From an uncultured Planctomycetaceae bacterium (GTDB lineage: Bacteria > Planctomycetota > Planctomycetia > Isosphaerales > Isosphaeraceae): 64,000 nt of DNA. Position 1 is the first letter of the stretch; every line of letters begins with the position of its first letter. The position numbers and the translations under genes are program-made. Positions 1 through 10,456 of this stretch are shown piece after piece. Under the pieces are notes generated by a model. It saw only the letters and a list, made by a program, of their open reading frames with translations. It did no database searches and had not been told where the DNA came from. The stretch spans positions 2,336,001 to 2,400,000 of the forward strand of contig CAWIAD010000001.1 of NCBI GenBank assembly GCA_963833985.1. The letters run 5' to 3'.

Positions 1-2589
1 CCGAAAGGACGCTCTTCCTCTTCTTCCTCCTCGATCTCCTGAGCCTTCTCCCTGGCCTCCTGCTCCTCGCCGGCCGGCTCCTTGCCCGGCGCTCCCTCTT
101 TCTCGGCCGCCGTCGGTTCGGTCTCGGTCGGCTTCGACAGCAGGCGAACGCGCTTGCCATCAGCATCGACGATCTCCAGCCTGGGTTTCGCCTTCGGCTT
201 GTCCTTGAGCCAGAAATGGATGACCGCTCCGGCCGGCGGATTGTCCCCGCGCCAGGCCGCGGAAGCCGCCGTGATAACGCCAGCGCGCCGCCGGCAGGCA
301 GGGGAGCAGCTCGGCCGGCTTGGCGGCAACCGCGGGCGTCCACGAACGGATCGGCGTCAGGTCGTCGAATATCCAGAGCGATCGCCCGTGCGTGCCCAGC
401 ACCAGGCTATCACCCTTGGCCTGCATGTCGTGCACCGGCACGGTCGGCAGGTTGAGCTGGAGCGGTTGCCAGGTCTTGCCTTCGTCTGTAGAAAACGCCA
501 CCCCGCGCTCGGTGCCGGCGTAGAGCAAGCCCTGCTGCTTCGGATCGTGGCGGACAACGTGCAACGGCACGTCCTGGGGCATCGGTCCGGAAAGCAGCGC
601 CCATGTATTGCCGTGATTGCGCGTGCGGTACAAATACGGATGCATATCATCGACCATGTGCGCGTCAACGACCACCAGCGCCGTCCCGGCGTCAAACGGC
701 GACGGTTCGATCATCTTGATCGCCGCCCACTCGGGCAATCCGGTCAGATGCTCCGTCACGTTCGTCCAGCTCTTGCCGGCGTCGCGTGAAACGTGCACCA
801 GGCCGTCGTCGGAGCCGACCCAGATGAGCCCTTTCTCCTTGGGCGACTCGGCGACGGCCGAGATGGTGCAGTAGTACTCGGCGGTCGTGTTGTCGCCGGT
901 GATCGGGCCGCCCGACCATTGCTGCCTGCGCCTGTCGTTGCGGGTCAGGTCCGGGCTGATGGCCGTCCAGGTCTGGCCGCCGTCGCTGGTGCGGAAAAGG
1001 ACGTTGCCGGCGTGGTACACAACCTTCGGATCGTGCGGCGAGCCGGCAATCGGCGCGGGCCAGCGGAAGCGGTACTTCATGTCGGCCGCACCGTGGCCCG
1101 AGGGGTTGTCCACGTAGCTGCCGACCATCCGCGCCTGGCGCGTGCGATGGTCATAACGGGTGATCACGCCCGCGTACTCACCGGCGTAGACGATGTTCGG
1201 GTCGGACGGGTCGTGCAGGGTGTAGCCGGCCTCGCCCCCGCCCACGCTGTACCAGTCGGCCAGCGTGATGCCGGTATAGCTCAAACTATTGCTCGGCCCG
1301 GCGATGGAGCCCAGGTCCTGCATGGTGCCGGAGACGTGGTACGGGTTCCGGGTATCCACGCCGATGCGGTAGAACTGGCTGATGGGTAAAGGAGGGGCGT
1401 GCCAGGTCTCGCCGCCATCGGTGCTCAGGTCCACGCCGCCGTCGTTGCCGTTGATCATCCGCCTGGGATTTGTGGGGTCGATCCAGACATCATGATGGTC
1501 GCCGTGGTGGAACCCGCGCACCGGCTGGAACGTCTTGCCACCGTCGATGGTCCGCAGCATCGGCACGCTCGGGCACCAGACGACGTCCGGGTTCCTGGGG
1601 TCCACCGTGAGCGTGGAGTAGTACCAGGCACGCTGACGCAGGCCATGGTCTCCCGTGGCGAGCTTCCAGGTCTCGCCGCCATCGTCCGAGCGGTACAGGC
1701 CCCCCTTGTCGGCCTCGATCAGGGCATAGACGCGCCGGCTGTCCGAGGGAGCCACGGCGACACCGATCTTGCCCCAGGGCCCTTTGGGCAAGCCGTGCTC
1801 GGTAAGCTGCTTCCAGGTCGTGCCGCCATCACGTGAGACATACAGCCTTGAGCCCGGCCCGCCGCTGGTCAGCTCCCAGGGACGCCTGCGGGTCTGCCAG
1901 AGGCCCGCGAAGACGATGTGCGGGTTCGAAGGATCGAGTGCCAGGTCCGAGGCCCCGGTGTCGGCGTCTTTCTTGAGCACGGCGGTCCAGGTCTTGCCGC
2001 CGTCGGTCGTGCGGTACACCCCGCGCTCGCCGTTTGGCCCGAAGGCCTTGCCCAGCACGGCGGCAAAGGCGATGTCGGCATTGTGCGGATGGACGGCCAT
2101 CGTGCCGATCTGCCCGTCTTGCTTCCACACCTGCGTCCAGTGCGCACCGCCATCGGTGGACTTGTAAATCCCGTTGCCGGGCACGACGTTGTTGCGGATG
2201 TTCGCCTCGCCCGACCCGGCATAAACGACATTCGGGTCCGACGCCGCGACGGCAATCGAGCCGAACGTGGAGGTGGGCAGCTTCTCCGTCACGCACTTCC
2301 AGCTCAGCCCGCCGTCGACCGACCGCCAGACCCCTCCCGACGCCGTGGCCGCGAAGTAGACGAGCGGATTGCCGGGAATGCCCGCGACCCGGCAGACCCG
2401 TCCCCCCGCCGCCGGCCCGATGGAACGATACTTCAGCTCCTGGAACGGCCCTTTCACCGCGCTCTCATCGTCGCTCTCGTCTGCCGCGGCGGAAGCCGGA
2501 CAGAGCGAAACCAGGAAAGCCAGGAGAATCGCAAGAACCGCTCCGTCCCATACAGACCGCGCCACTCGATTGACCATGGAAAACCTCAT
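1..2589 (-). CDS. Secreted BNR/Asp-box (VPS10/sortilin-like) beta-propeller glycosyl hydrolase-like protein; runs off the window start
   Basis: ORF 160..2679 has a signal peptide and many SxDGGxTW Asp-boxes. After a frameshift near 250 the protein continues (GDNPPAGAVIHFWLKDKPK...) to position 1. Start uncertain (2589 or 2577). Confidence 0.85.
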
Positions 2590-2900
2590 TGCAGCCCGTG
2601 GACCTCGTCTCGTGCCTCCCAGGCGACCCGTCATCGTACCGAGCGCGGCAGTCTGGGGCAACTGCACAAAGGGCGTCATTCTTGACGAGCGCCCCCATTC
2701 GAGAACTGTGGAAGCTCACCGACTGGCCCATGCCACCGCGAGTCCCAACTTCGCTCATGAAGAAACCATGAAGATTGGGTTCCTTCCGTACCCGAAATCG
2801 CCCCTTGACATCGTCATAAGTCCTTTATTAATAGGCAGATACCTACTGCGAGAAATTGGCTTCGTTCGGGATGTTACCAGCAGCTCGTGAAGGACCACTG

Positions 2901-2927
2901 GTAGGGTGGGTCAGCGCAGCGCAACCC
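2901..2927 (+). repeat. GTAG-type REP palindrome, left part (interrupted by IS)
   Basis: GTAGGGTGGGTCAGCGCAGCGCAACCC. Removing the IS and one duplication gives GTAG-GGTGGGT-N12-ACCCACC, a 7-bp stem preceded by GTAG. Confidence 0.75.
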
Positions 2928-4373
2928 CATAGCGTCCAACTTAAGGATTCCATTCCAGAAGTTCTGGATCCAAAAGGAGTTGGAATAGGCTGGGCCGTTT
3001 CTTCCGACGTTTCTTCTGAGCGACGCTAGCGATCGTCGTGGCCATGTCTCTCAAGGTGCGTATGAGCTCGTCGATGTTATCCAACGCTCGGGTCAGGGAT
3101 TCCATCCAGTTCCGGATGACGCGGGCCGCTTTCCAGTGGCTGCGGCGGGGATCGGCCGCGTTCGCGGTCAGGAGCAGCCAATGCTGAAGCACCACGCCGA
3201 TCAGTTTCGCCCAGAACAACGCCAGGCGTTCCATGCTGGTCCAGTGTGCACGCGACTCGGCGAGGTGGTTGTGAGATTTCCAAAGTTTGAACAGCAGTTC
3301 GATTTGCCAGCGCGTCCGATACAGGACCACGACCTCTTTCCACGTCAGAAGTGCGGCCAGGCAGTTGGTCAGGAAAATCGTCCAGTCGCACAAGTCCAGA
3401 TGTTCTTGCGTGGGCACGCGGCCGTGTTTTTGAGCCTTTTCGTAGGCCGCTTGCCGACGTCGGTTCGCCACCTCCGGAGGCACTCGCAAGGCGATCAACC
3501 GACATCCCAGACGCTCCGCCGCGCCCACCGCGATCGACACGTCGACCGGCATGCCGGCGGGTTGCCGTCGGAGAAACGCCAGCATCTCCCATCGCCGCCC
3601 CTCCGCGTCGAAAACGGCCGTGCCGTGTTGCCAACGCGAAATCCAATAAGCTCCTTGCGCCGATGGATCGGAACCGCTCCAGGCAAAAGTATCCCAGGTC
3701 GCGGAGCGTCAGCGATCCGGAGACCACTGGTGCGTCCACGTCCACGCTCGTGGCGTCGCTGTGACGACCGGGATGGACCTCCAACTTCTCCAACTGACCG
3801 CGGCGCAGTTCCCACGCCACCTGAATTTTCACCGCTGCCTTACCACTGCCCGTTTTGCCACCGCAGCCGGGAAATTCCGCCTCGAATTCGTCGGGCAAGG
3901 TCACCGTGGTGCTGTCGGCGATCACGACGGCGGTGAACTTGTCCAGCAGCGCCACGCCGGCCGCCGACGCCTCCACGACGGACTCCAACACGTGTTCCAA
4001 ACCCGCGCGAAGTGCGCGACGAGCTTCTCCGAGAACCGCTTTTCGATCGCCTCGGCAGTCACGTTCACACCCAGCAGTGCCGCCGTCGCGACGAAGTCGT
4101 TGGTATGGGGGCGAGGCGTCTTCATCACAGTCAGAACCATGGTCTTGAGCAGCGACGCGCCCGAGAATTTTCGTTGCCGCCGGATCACGCCCGTCGCACG
4201 ACCGATCTCGTCGAGTTTCGAACCCAAGCTCGATTGCAACAACACGGCCACCTTGTTTATGATCCCCAACGGAAGCTCCTTCTTCCAGGACGCGCTTGCT
4301 CGATACAACGCGAACTGGATTAAGGACTTCCTTTCTTTTTTCCTAGGCCAAATTCCTTAAGTTGGACGCTATG
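2928..4373 (-). mobile_element. IS4-family insertion sequence (IS231/IS186-like ends)
   Basis: Perfect 20-bp terminal inverted repeats CATAGCGTCCAACTTAAGGA (2928-2947) and TCCTTAAGTTGGACGCTATG (4354-4373). Flanking direct repeat GGGTCAGCGCAGCGCAACCC at 2908-2927 and 4374-4393. Confidence 0.92.
2941..4269 (-). CDS. IS4-family DDE transposase (two apparent frameshifts, ~4005 and ~3657)
   Basis: Three joinable ORF pieces with IADST, RDLGYF and the IS4 Y-x2-R-x3-E-x6-K motif (YRTRWQIELLFKLWK). TTG start follows AAGGAG; the stop lies inside the inverted repeat. Confidence 0.9.
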
Positions 4374-5107
4374 GGGTCAGCGCAGCGCAACCCACCGGAT
4401 GGCAGAGCTTTGCGTGCGGTAGGATGCCCCCGCTCCACCCCGTATTGCCACGATCCCCTGCGCTCGCGCCATATCGGAGTGCCCGCTCATGCCGAGACCG
4501 GCCCTTACCTTACTCTTTAAATCCGCCAAGCCCAGGTGCAAACCGGCCCCTGGACCGTCGCATCCAGTCCGGACCAGCCTGCACCCATCGCTCCAGATCG
4601 AAATTGGGTCCGTTTTCATGCCACTCAATGTGAATACTCCGACGGATATATCTGTCATCAAACCACTTACATCGATATTCAATTTGGCTTCGTTCCCGCT
4701 TTTTGTTTCATCTTTGACCATCAAACCGGAGTGCCGACCATGGCTCTGTGCCTCGGACGCAGCGCTCCGACTCTTCTTAGTTTGCGTTACGAAAAGACGA
4801 ATCCTGATGAAGACTTGCGGCCGAAGACAGCGGGCGTGGTTGGCCGCTTCCGGCGCTCCGGCCGGCTTGACTTCCGGAGGTCGAAGTTGCCGGTCGGAAC
4901 CGGCGGCCTCGCGGAGTGGAGGGGCTGCGGAACTCGGAACTATTCGCGGCTCGGTTTCGGCACGAGGACGCGTTCCGCGACCAGCAGCATCGGCCAGGCC
5001 GGCAGGAGTTCCGGGTGCGGACGGCAAAACCGATCCAGTGAGCCGGCCAGAAGGAGTCAACCACCCGCTCGGCCGATTGTTAAGCTGTGGCCCGGGAGCA
5101 TCATCGC

Positions 5108-6088
5108 TCAATCGAACAGCTCGGGTTGATCGTATCGATTGTTCCCGGTGGATCGCTTCTTTCTGGCTTGCCCGTTGCTCGACTCGATCGGCCCGCCGGC
5201 CACTACCACCGGGGCACCTTCTTCAAACCGGAATTGGCTCGCCTTGAGATAGCCTTCATCGCGTTCGATCGCGATCCACGATCTACCTTCCTGTTCGCAC
5301 ACCTGGCCGGTCGTGTTGCTGCCGGCAAACGGATCGAGCACGAGGTCGCCGGGATCGGTGAGGAACCTTACGAAGAACGACGGTAATTGATGCGGGAACC
5401 GGGCCGGGTGCGGCTTGATCCCTTCTTGCTCGCAACGTTCCATGTAATGACCGTTCGCGTCATTGTTACCGCATATAAAAATATTCGACGGGATGCTACC
5501 GCCCCGGTCTTTAAATTTCTGCGTGATGATATGTCCGCTGGGTCGGACCTTGGCCTTGTAGCCCTTCTGGAGCAACCGCTTCATGTCGGGCGAGTACTCG
5601 TTCAAGACGTTCTGGTTGTTCGCTTTTGGCCAGGGGGTCTTCGACAGCCACCAGACACATTCCACAGCGTCCTTCACGCGGATCTTGCGAACATTCACCC
5701 ACTCAGCCGGTGATGGCAACTTTCCAGGGTTGTACCAGAAGAACTCCTGGGCCAGGTGAAACCCGACTTGTTTGCAGAGCGCGATCAGAAGTTCGAAATG
5801 ATACAGCGATCGAGTCGGTTTTCCCGGTGTCCATGCTCCGCCGATGTCCAGCACGAAGCTACCATCATCACGAAGCAAGCGGTGGTAGTGCCGGGCAAAC
5901 TTCAGAAACCAGGCAATGTAATCGGCTTGATCGACGTTGCCGTACTCTTTCTTGAAGTGCAAAGCGTAAGGCGGTGAGGTGAAGATGAGATTCACACTCG
6001 AGTCGCTCATCGTGGGCATGTAATCCAGGGCGTCCGTGAGGTAGGCTTTTCCATGGTTCGTCGTGTAAAAAGGTGCAAGCGGCTTCAT
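5108..6088 (-). CDS. Beta-class N4-cytosine DNA methyltransferase, M.PvuII-like
   Basis: Catalytic TSPPY precedes SAM-binding [45 protein letters not shown] and HPARFP match M.PvuII as I recall it. ATG overlaps the upstream stop (ATGA). Confidence 0.9.
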   Translation of the reverse strand: MKPLAPFYTTNHGKAYLTDALDYMPTMSDSSVNLIFTSPPYALHFKKEYGNVDQADYIAWFLKFARHYHRLLRDDGSFVLDIGGAWTPGKPTRSLYHFELLIALCKQVGFHLAQEFFWYNPGKLPSPAEWVNVRKIRVKDAVECVWWLSKTPWPKANNQNVLNEYSPDMKRLLQKGYKAKVRPSGHIITQKFKDRGGSIPSNIFICGNNDANGHYMERCEQEGIKPHPARFPHQLPSFFVRFLTDPGDLVLDPFAGSNTTGQVCEQEGRSWIAIERDEGYLKASQFRFEEGAPVVVAGGPIESSNGQARKKRSTGNNRYDQPELFD

Positions 6089-6672
6089 TCCTTGGCTCCA
6101 TCGCTCGACTCTGTCAGCACCTCCGCTAGTGTACCTTTCCACACCCCCCTTGGGCCAGGGGGCACCGGCTGCATGATGGCCAAGTAATCGGGGAAGTTGG
6201 GCCTGCGGGCGAGGCTCTCAGATGAGGAGAAGACGTAGGTCCATATCCCGTTCTGGTTGAACAGGCATGCTGCCAGCACGTCGAACTCATCGACCTTATA
6301 GCCCCGGGCCGGTCCGCCGGTGAGCTGATTCCGGGTTCTCTGGATTTCCACCCGGAAGTCTCCCTGGTAGCCCTTGCGGTCCGGTTTGCTGCGAACGTTC
6401 TTGCATTCCATCCGGATCGTTCGTCCCCCGATCACGACGTCGAAGTCGGGCCGTCCGTCCGCGTCGTACCAGGTCACCTCTTCGATGACCCCGCTCTCTT
6501 TGAGCTCCACAAGCTGCTTGTAGAGAAACCACTCAGCGAGCTTGCCTTTCACGTCCACCTGGGCGCGAAACCCTCGTTCGATCGCGGAGAGGATATCCCA
6601 GCCCGTTGCGTTGAACTTGAGCTCGAGCGGGTGCTGAACGATCTGTCCGTCGTCAGTGAACGTGGGCGGCAT
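6085..6672 (-). CDS. Putative PD-(D/E)xK restriction endonuclease
   Basis: 195 aa with GKLAE...GRPDFDV...RMECKN. AAGGAGG ribosome-binding site; translationally coupled to the methyltransferase. Confidence 0.7.
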   Translation of the reverse strand: MPPTFTDDGQIVQHPLELKFNATGWDILSAIERGFRAQVDVKGKLAEWFLYKQLVELKESGVIEEVTWYDADGRPDFDVVIGGRTIRMECKNVRSKPDRKGYQGDFRVEIQRTRNQLTGGPARGYKVDEFDVLAACLFNQNGIWTYVFSSSESLARRPNFPDYLAIMQPVPPGPRGVWKGTLAEVLTESSDGAKE

Positions 6673-7138
6673 CCTTGCCTCCTTTCGATGGGTGATCTGG
6701 CTCTATACGTCTTTGACAGCAACAGGGCAAGGGGGATCGGCGGGGTCCTGTCTACGGGCCGTCTGAGCGAGACTGAGTGTGATTCGTCAGGGAGTGGTCG
6801 CAAGGATCACGGCGAGCTCCGCAGGCTCGAACGCCATGGAACTCTCTGACGGCCATTGCGTCATCAAGAGGAACCGCAAACCCCTGGCGCCGAAGGGACA
6901 AAACGTGACGACAACCATCAACGGTATCTTATGCGGCGCGGGATTGCGCAGCGTGTTCAGTCCCCGGCTCAAGAACTTTGAAAGCGTCCGGGATTCCCAG
7001 GTGCCGGGCGCCGGAGGGCAGCTCGCTGGAAGGGCAACTGCTCGGCTTGCGCGTGTGAACCTGCCCGATAGCCCTGTGCCCTGGCAGTCCCACCCCGACC
7101 GCCATGTTCCGGAGAATTGAACACGGTCGGTGGAGACG

Positions 7139-7585
7139 TCAGAGTTCTGGAAAAGTGATTTTCTTTCCCTTGCCGGCCGCCTGGAGAGCGTGGCCCGTGA
7201 AGACGGACAGAGCCACTTCGATGGCGTGCCAGGGCTCTGCGTCGGGATTGACCTGGGTGACCAGCGCACGCATCGGGGCACCCTGATCCAGCAAGGCGGC
7301 AATTGTTCGATTGCGCTGGCGGGGAATATATCCCAGGTGCGCGCCCCCGAAACGAAATGCGACGGCAAGGGCGTCGTGGGGGTTGTCGGCTTCGTGAATC
7401 AGGACGAGCTCCATACCCGGTTCGAGGCTGTCAATCACTTCGGGGCCGTCGTGGTACTGGAAGCCGGCGATGAAGAACCTGTCAAGCTCGTAATCGACCG
7501 CTGCTGCTGCCGGCCGCGGCTTCCAGAACTGTGGAACGGTGAACGAGAAGTGGAACGAGAAAAGCCCGCGAATCGAGAACTTCAT
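7139..7585 (-). CDS. Stand-alone HIRAN domain protein
   Basis: FFIAGFQY...LVLIHEADNPHDALAVAF...HLGYIPR HIRAN signature. Confidence 0.85.
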   Translation of the reverse strand: MKFSIRGLFSFHFSFTVPQFWKPRPAAAAVDYELDRFFIAGFQYHDGPEVIDSLEPGMELVLIHEADNPHDALAVAFRFGGAHLGYIPRQRNRTIAALLDQGAPMRALVTQVNPDAEPWHAIEVALSVFTGHALQAAGKGKKITFPEL

Positions 7586-8077
7586 GCCAATGCCTCCGTG
7601 GCGTGCCGGCGCGGCTGCGGACCATCAGACCGATGATGCTGCGGTCCCGGGACCGGAGAGGCTCACTCCATTACTTCATCGTACCACGTTTCGATGCTCC
7701 GTTGTTCGCATGTGGTACGGATCGTTGCACCATGGTTTTCGGGAACGAGATCACCGGGGAGCCATGAATGGCACGCCGGGAGTGCTGGAAGGCTTACCCA
7801 GTGCCGCGGCGGAGCTGACGCCGCCGGGCAGGCCGCTTCCTGCGATCAGCAAGAAGCGGGAGAGTCTACCCGAACGGCAGTAGGTCGCGAGGTTCCTCCA
7901 TTCGAGCCGTCCACCAGGACGACCCGGACCACCGCTCCGAACAATCGACCGGGAGCTTTGCGCAGGGAACTCCGAGATGGTCGACCTCCGATGCATTTCG
8001 GGTCGATGACCGGCGGCGGACCTCGGCGTATGATTGAGGCCTTGAGGATGCGTTTCGTTTGCACTGGAGTCTTCTTT

Positions 8078-9264
8078 GTGACTGCCCCCGCACTTGCGGA
8101 AGCCAACGTCCTGGTTCGCGACATCCGCGTCCAGAACTTGCTGTCGTTCTCGGCGCAGGGAGTGCACCTGGAAACCGGACCGCTCAGCGTGCTTGTCGGT
8201 CCCAACGGTTCCGGCAAGTCCAACCTGCTGGAGGCCGTCGCTCTGATGCGGTCGGCCGCGGGAGACCTGCCTGGAGAGATCCGGCGCGGCGGGGCGCGGG
8301 GGAGTGGGTCTGCAAGCTGGTTCCCAGCGATCTGGCAGCTTGCAGTCTTCTGGTCCGCAATCCTCCACAGGACAAGCTCCTCCGCCATGTTCTGGCGCTT
8401 CGGACCGACGGCCAGAGCTTTCAGATCGCCGGGGAACGCATCGAAAGCGATGGTGCGCCTCAGGATCGAAAGAAGCAGGTTTACTATGACCTGCATGATG
8501 GCCAGGCCACGGTCCGCGTTGCGGGGCGGAAACGACGGCTTGCAAACGGGGCCCTGGATCGAGAACGTTCCATCCTCTCGCAGCGCCGCGATCCCGAGCT
8601 GTATCCCGAGATCACCTACCTCGCCGATACCTACGGCAAGATCCGGATTTACCGCGAATGGGCGTTCGGGCGGAACACGGTGTTCCGGCAGCCGCAGCGA
8701 GCCGACATGCGGAACGACCGGCTGGAGGAGGATTTCTCGAACCTGGGACTGTTCCTGAACCGGCTTCGGCGCAAGCCCAAGGCGAAGGCGGCCCTGCTCG
8801 AGGGACTGCGCGACCTGTACGACGACGTGACCGACTTCGACGTGATCGTCGAGGGCGGGACGGTGCAGGTGTTCTTCACCGAACGCGAGTTCGCAATTCC
8901 TGCCACGCGGCTCTCGGATGGAACCCTGCGCTATCTCTGTCTGCTGGCCATCCTCTGCGACCCCGACCCGCCCCCGCTCATCTGCATCGAGGAGCCGGAA
9001 CTCGGCCTTCATCCCGACATCCTTCCGAAGCTGGCCGACAAGCTCCTAGCCGCCTCGAAGCGGTGCCAGCTCATCGTCACCACGCATTCTGATATCCTGG
9101 TCGACGCGATGAGCGAGATGCCCGAGGTCATCGTCGTTTGCGAGAAGCATCACGGTGCCACGACGATGCACCGGCTGAGCCGCGACGAGCTCGCCGGATG
9201 GCTGGGCAAGTGCCGGCTCGGATCGCTCTGGACTCAGGGGAAGATCGGAGGAACGCGCTGGTGA
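8078..9264 (+). CDS. ABC-type/AAA_21 ATPase (apparent frameshift ~8290)
   Basis: Walker A GPNGSGKSN in ORF 7694..8758. Signature LSDGT, Walker B/D-loop ICIEEPELGLHP and H-loop TTHS in ORF 8059..9264. GTG start follows GGAG. Confidence 0.88.
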
Positions 9265-9863
9265 GCTCGGTCATCCTAGTGGAAGGAGGGGGTCATTCCA
9301 AGGAATTGCAGATTCGCTGCCGCGAGGGCTTTCGCAAGCTCCTTGAGGCATGCGGCTTTGCCGGCCGGATGCCGCGTCTGTACGCCTGTGGCGGACGCAA
9401 TTCCGCCTTCGACGACTTTCAGACCAGCATCGCCGCGAACAAGGGTCACGCCTATGTGGCCTTGCTCATCGATAGCGAGGACCCTGTCGATGACGTCGAA
9501 GCCCCCTGGGTTCATTTGAACAAGTGCGACAGGTGGGACCGACCGCGTGGAGTGACCGATGACCAGGCGTTGCTCATGACGACCTGCATGGAGACCTGGA
9601 TCATCACGGATCGCCGGGCACTGGCTGCATACTTCGGCAAGCCGCTCCTGTCCCCGGCGCTGCCGGGTCTGGTCGACATGGAGCAGAGGCTGCGCGACGA
9701 TGTCCAGAACAGCCTGGTCCAGGCGACACGCCGGTGCCCCAGCCCTTACCGCAAGGGGAAGCGTTCGTTCGAGCTCCTCGCCGGGCTGTCACCAGCGACA
9801 CTCGAGCAGCACCTGCCAAGCTTCAAGAGAATGCTGAGGATTCTACGCCGGCAACTGCGGTAA
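9261..9863 (+). CDS. DUF4276/RloB-like (TOPRIM-like) protein
   Basis: ILVEGG, LLIDSED and METW motifs; GTGA overlap with the ATPase stop. Confidence 0.75.
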   Translation: MSSVILVEGGGHSKELQIRCREGFRKLLEACGFAGRMPRLYACGGRNSAFDDFQTSIAANKGHAYVALLIDSEDPVDDVEAPWVHLNKCDRWDRPRGVTDDQALLMTTCMETWIITDRRALAAYFGKPLLSPALPGLVDMEQRLRDDVQNSLVQATRRCPSPYRKGKRSFELLAGLSPATLEQHLPSFKRMLRILRRQLR

Positions 9864-10201
9864 GCGCTGACCAGACGGGCCAGTACCCAGGTGCCTGTTA
9901 CTCACCGCGAACCATGAAGCGGTGACCACGAAATCGTCGCCGCATGAACGACTCAGCCGCATGTCTGGACTGGCACTTGCGGCGCGTTTCTGGACTGCCC
10001 GGCGCGCCAGGGAAGGTGCCCACAAGCGTTTGCAGAGCCAGTGTCCAACCCCCGCCCGCGTGTTGCGCTGGCATGCCGCCCGGAACTCGAGCCCTCGTCA
10101 GCGCGAGGCTCCAGACGGATGCAAGCAGATCCGCTGAAGTCTTTTGGCAGGATTGCAGTTCGCTTGCCCGGAGGCTGAGGGTTCTGCCTGGCCGCTCTCC
10201 T

Positions 10202-10354
10202 CGCGAGGTACGATTCCAATCGTGCCATGCAATTCTCGTGGGGTACGATTCCGATCGTGCCATTCCAGGTTCATCAGATCGAACACGTGACACGATCGGA
10301 ATCGTATCCCAGGAGGAGATCGAAAAGTAACACGATCGGGTATCGTGGCCCACA
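10202..10354. repeat. Four degenerate ~25-bp REP-like palindromes (two forward, two reverse)
   Basis: CGCGAGGTACGATTCCAATCGTGCC, CGTGGGGTACGATTCCGATCGTGCC, GACACGATCGGAATCGTATCCCA, AACACGATCGGGTATCGTGGCCCAC. Confidence 0.7.
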
Positions 10355-10456
10355 ATAAGCGGCCGCCCGGTCATCCAGGATCGCATCAACTTGCTGAATG
10401 CCTGTCGAGGTACTCTTGCGAACCTGCTTGGGTATCCCATGCCGGGGGCCGGACCG

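Noticed and set aside
2941..4269. Programmed frameshifting or pseudogene status of the transposase
   Set aside because: No slippery A-run, the inverted repeats and duplication are perfect, and the breaks match the window-wide GCGC indel pattern.
4377..5247. Overlapping ORFs 4377..5111 (-), 4489..5247 (+) and 4536..5129 (+)
   Set aside because: No recognisable motifs, and they run through repeat-derived sequence. A coupled third gene after the methyltransferase cannot be fully excluded.
6680..7130. Controller (C) protein or ncRNA upstream of the R-M operon
   Set aside because: No HTH-like small ORF or convincing structure found by eye.
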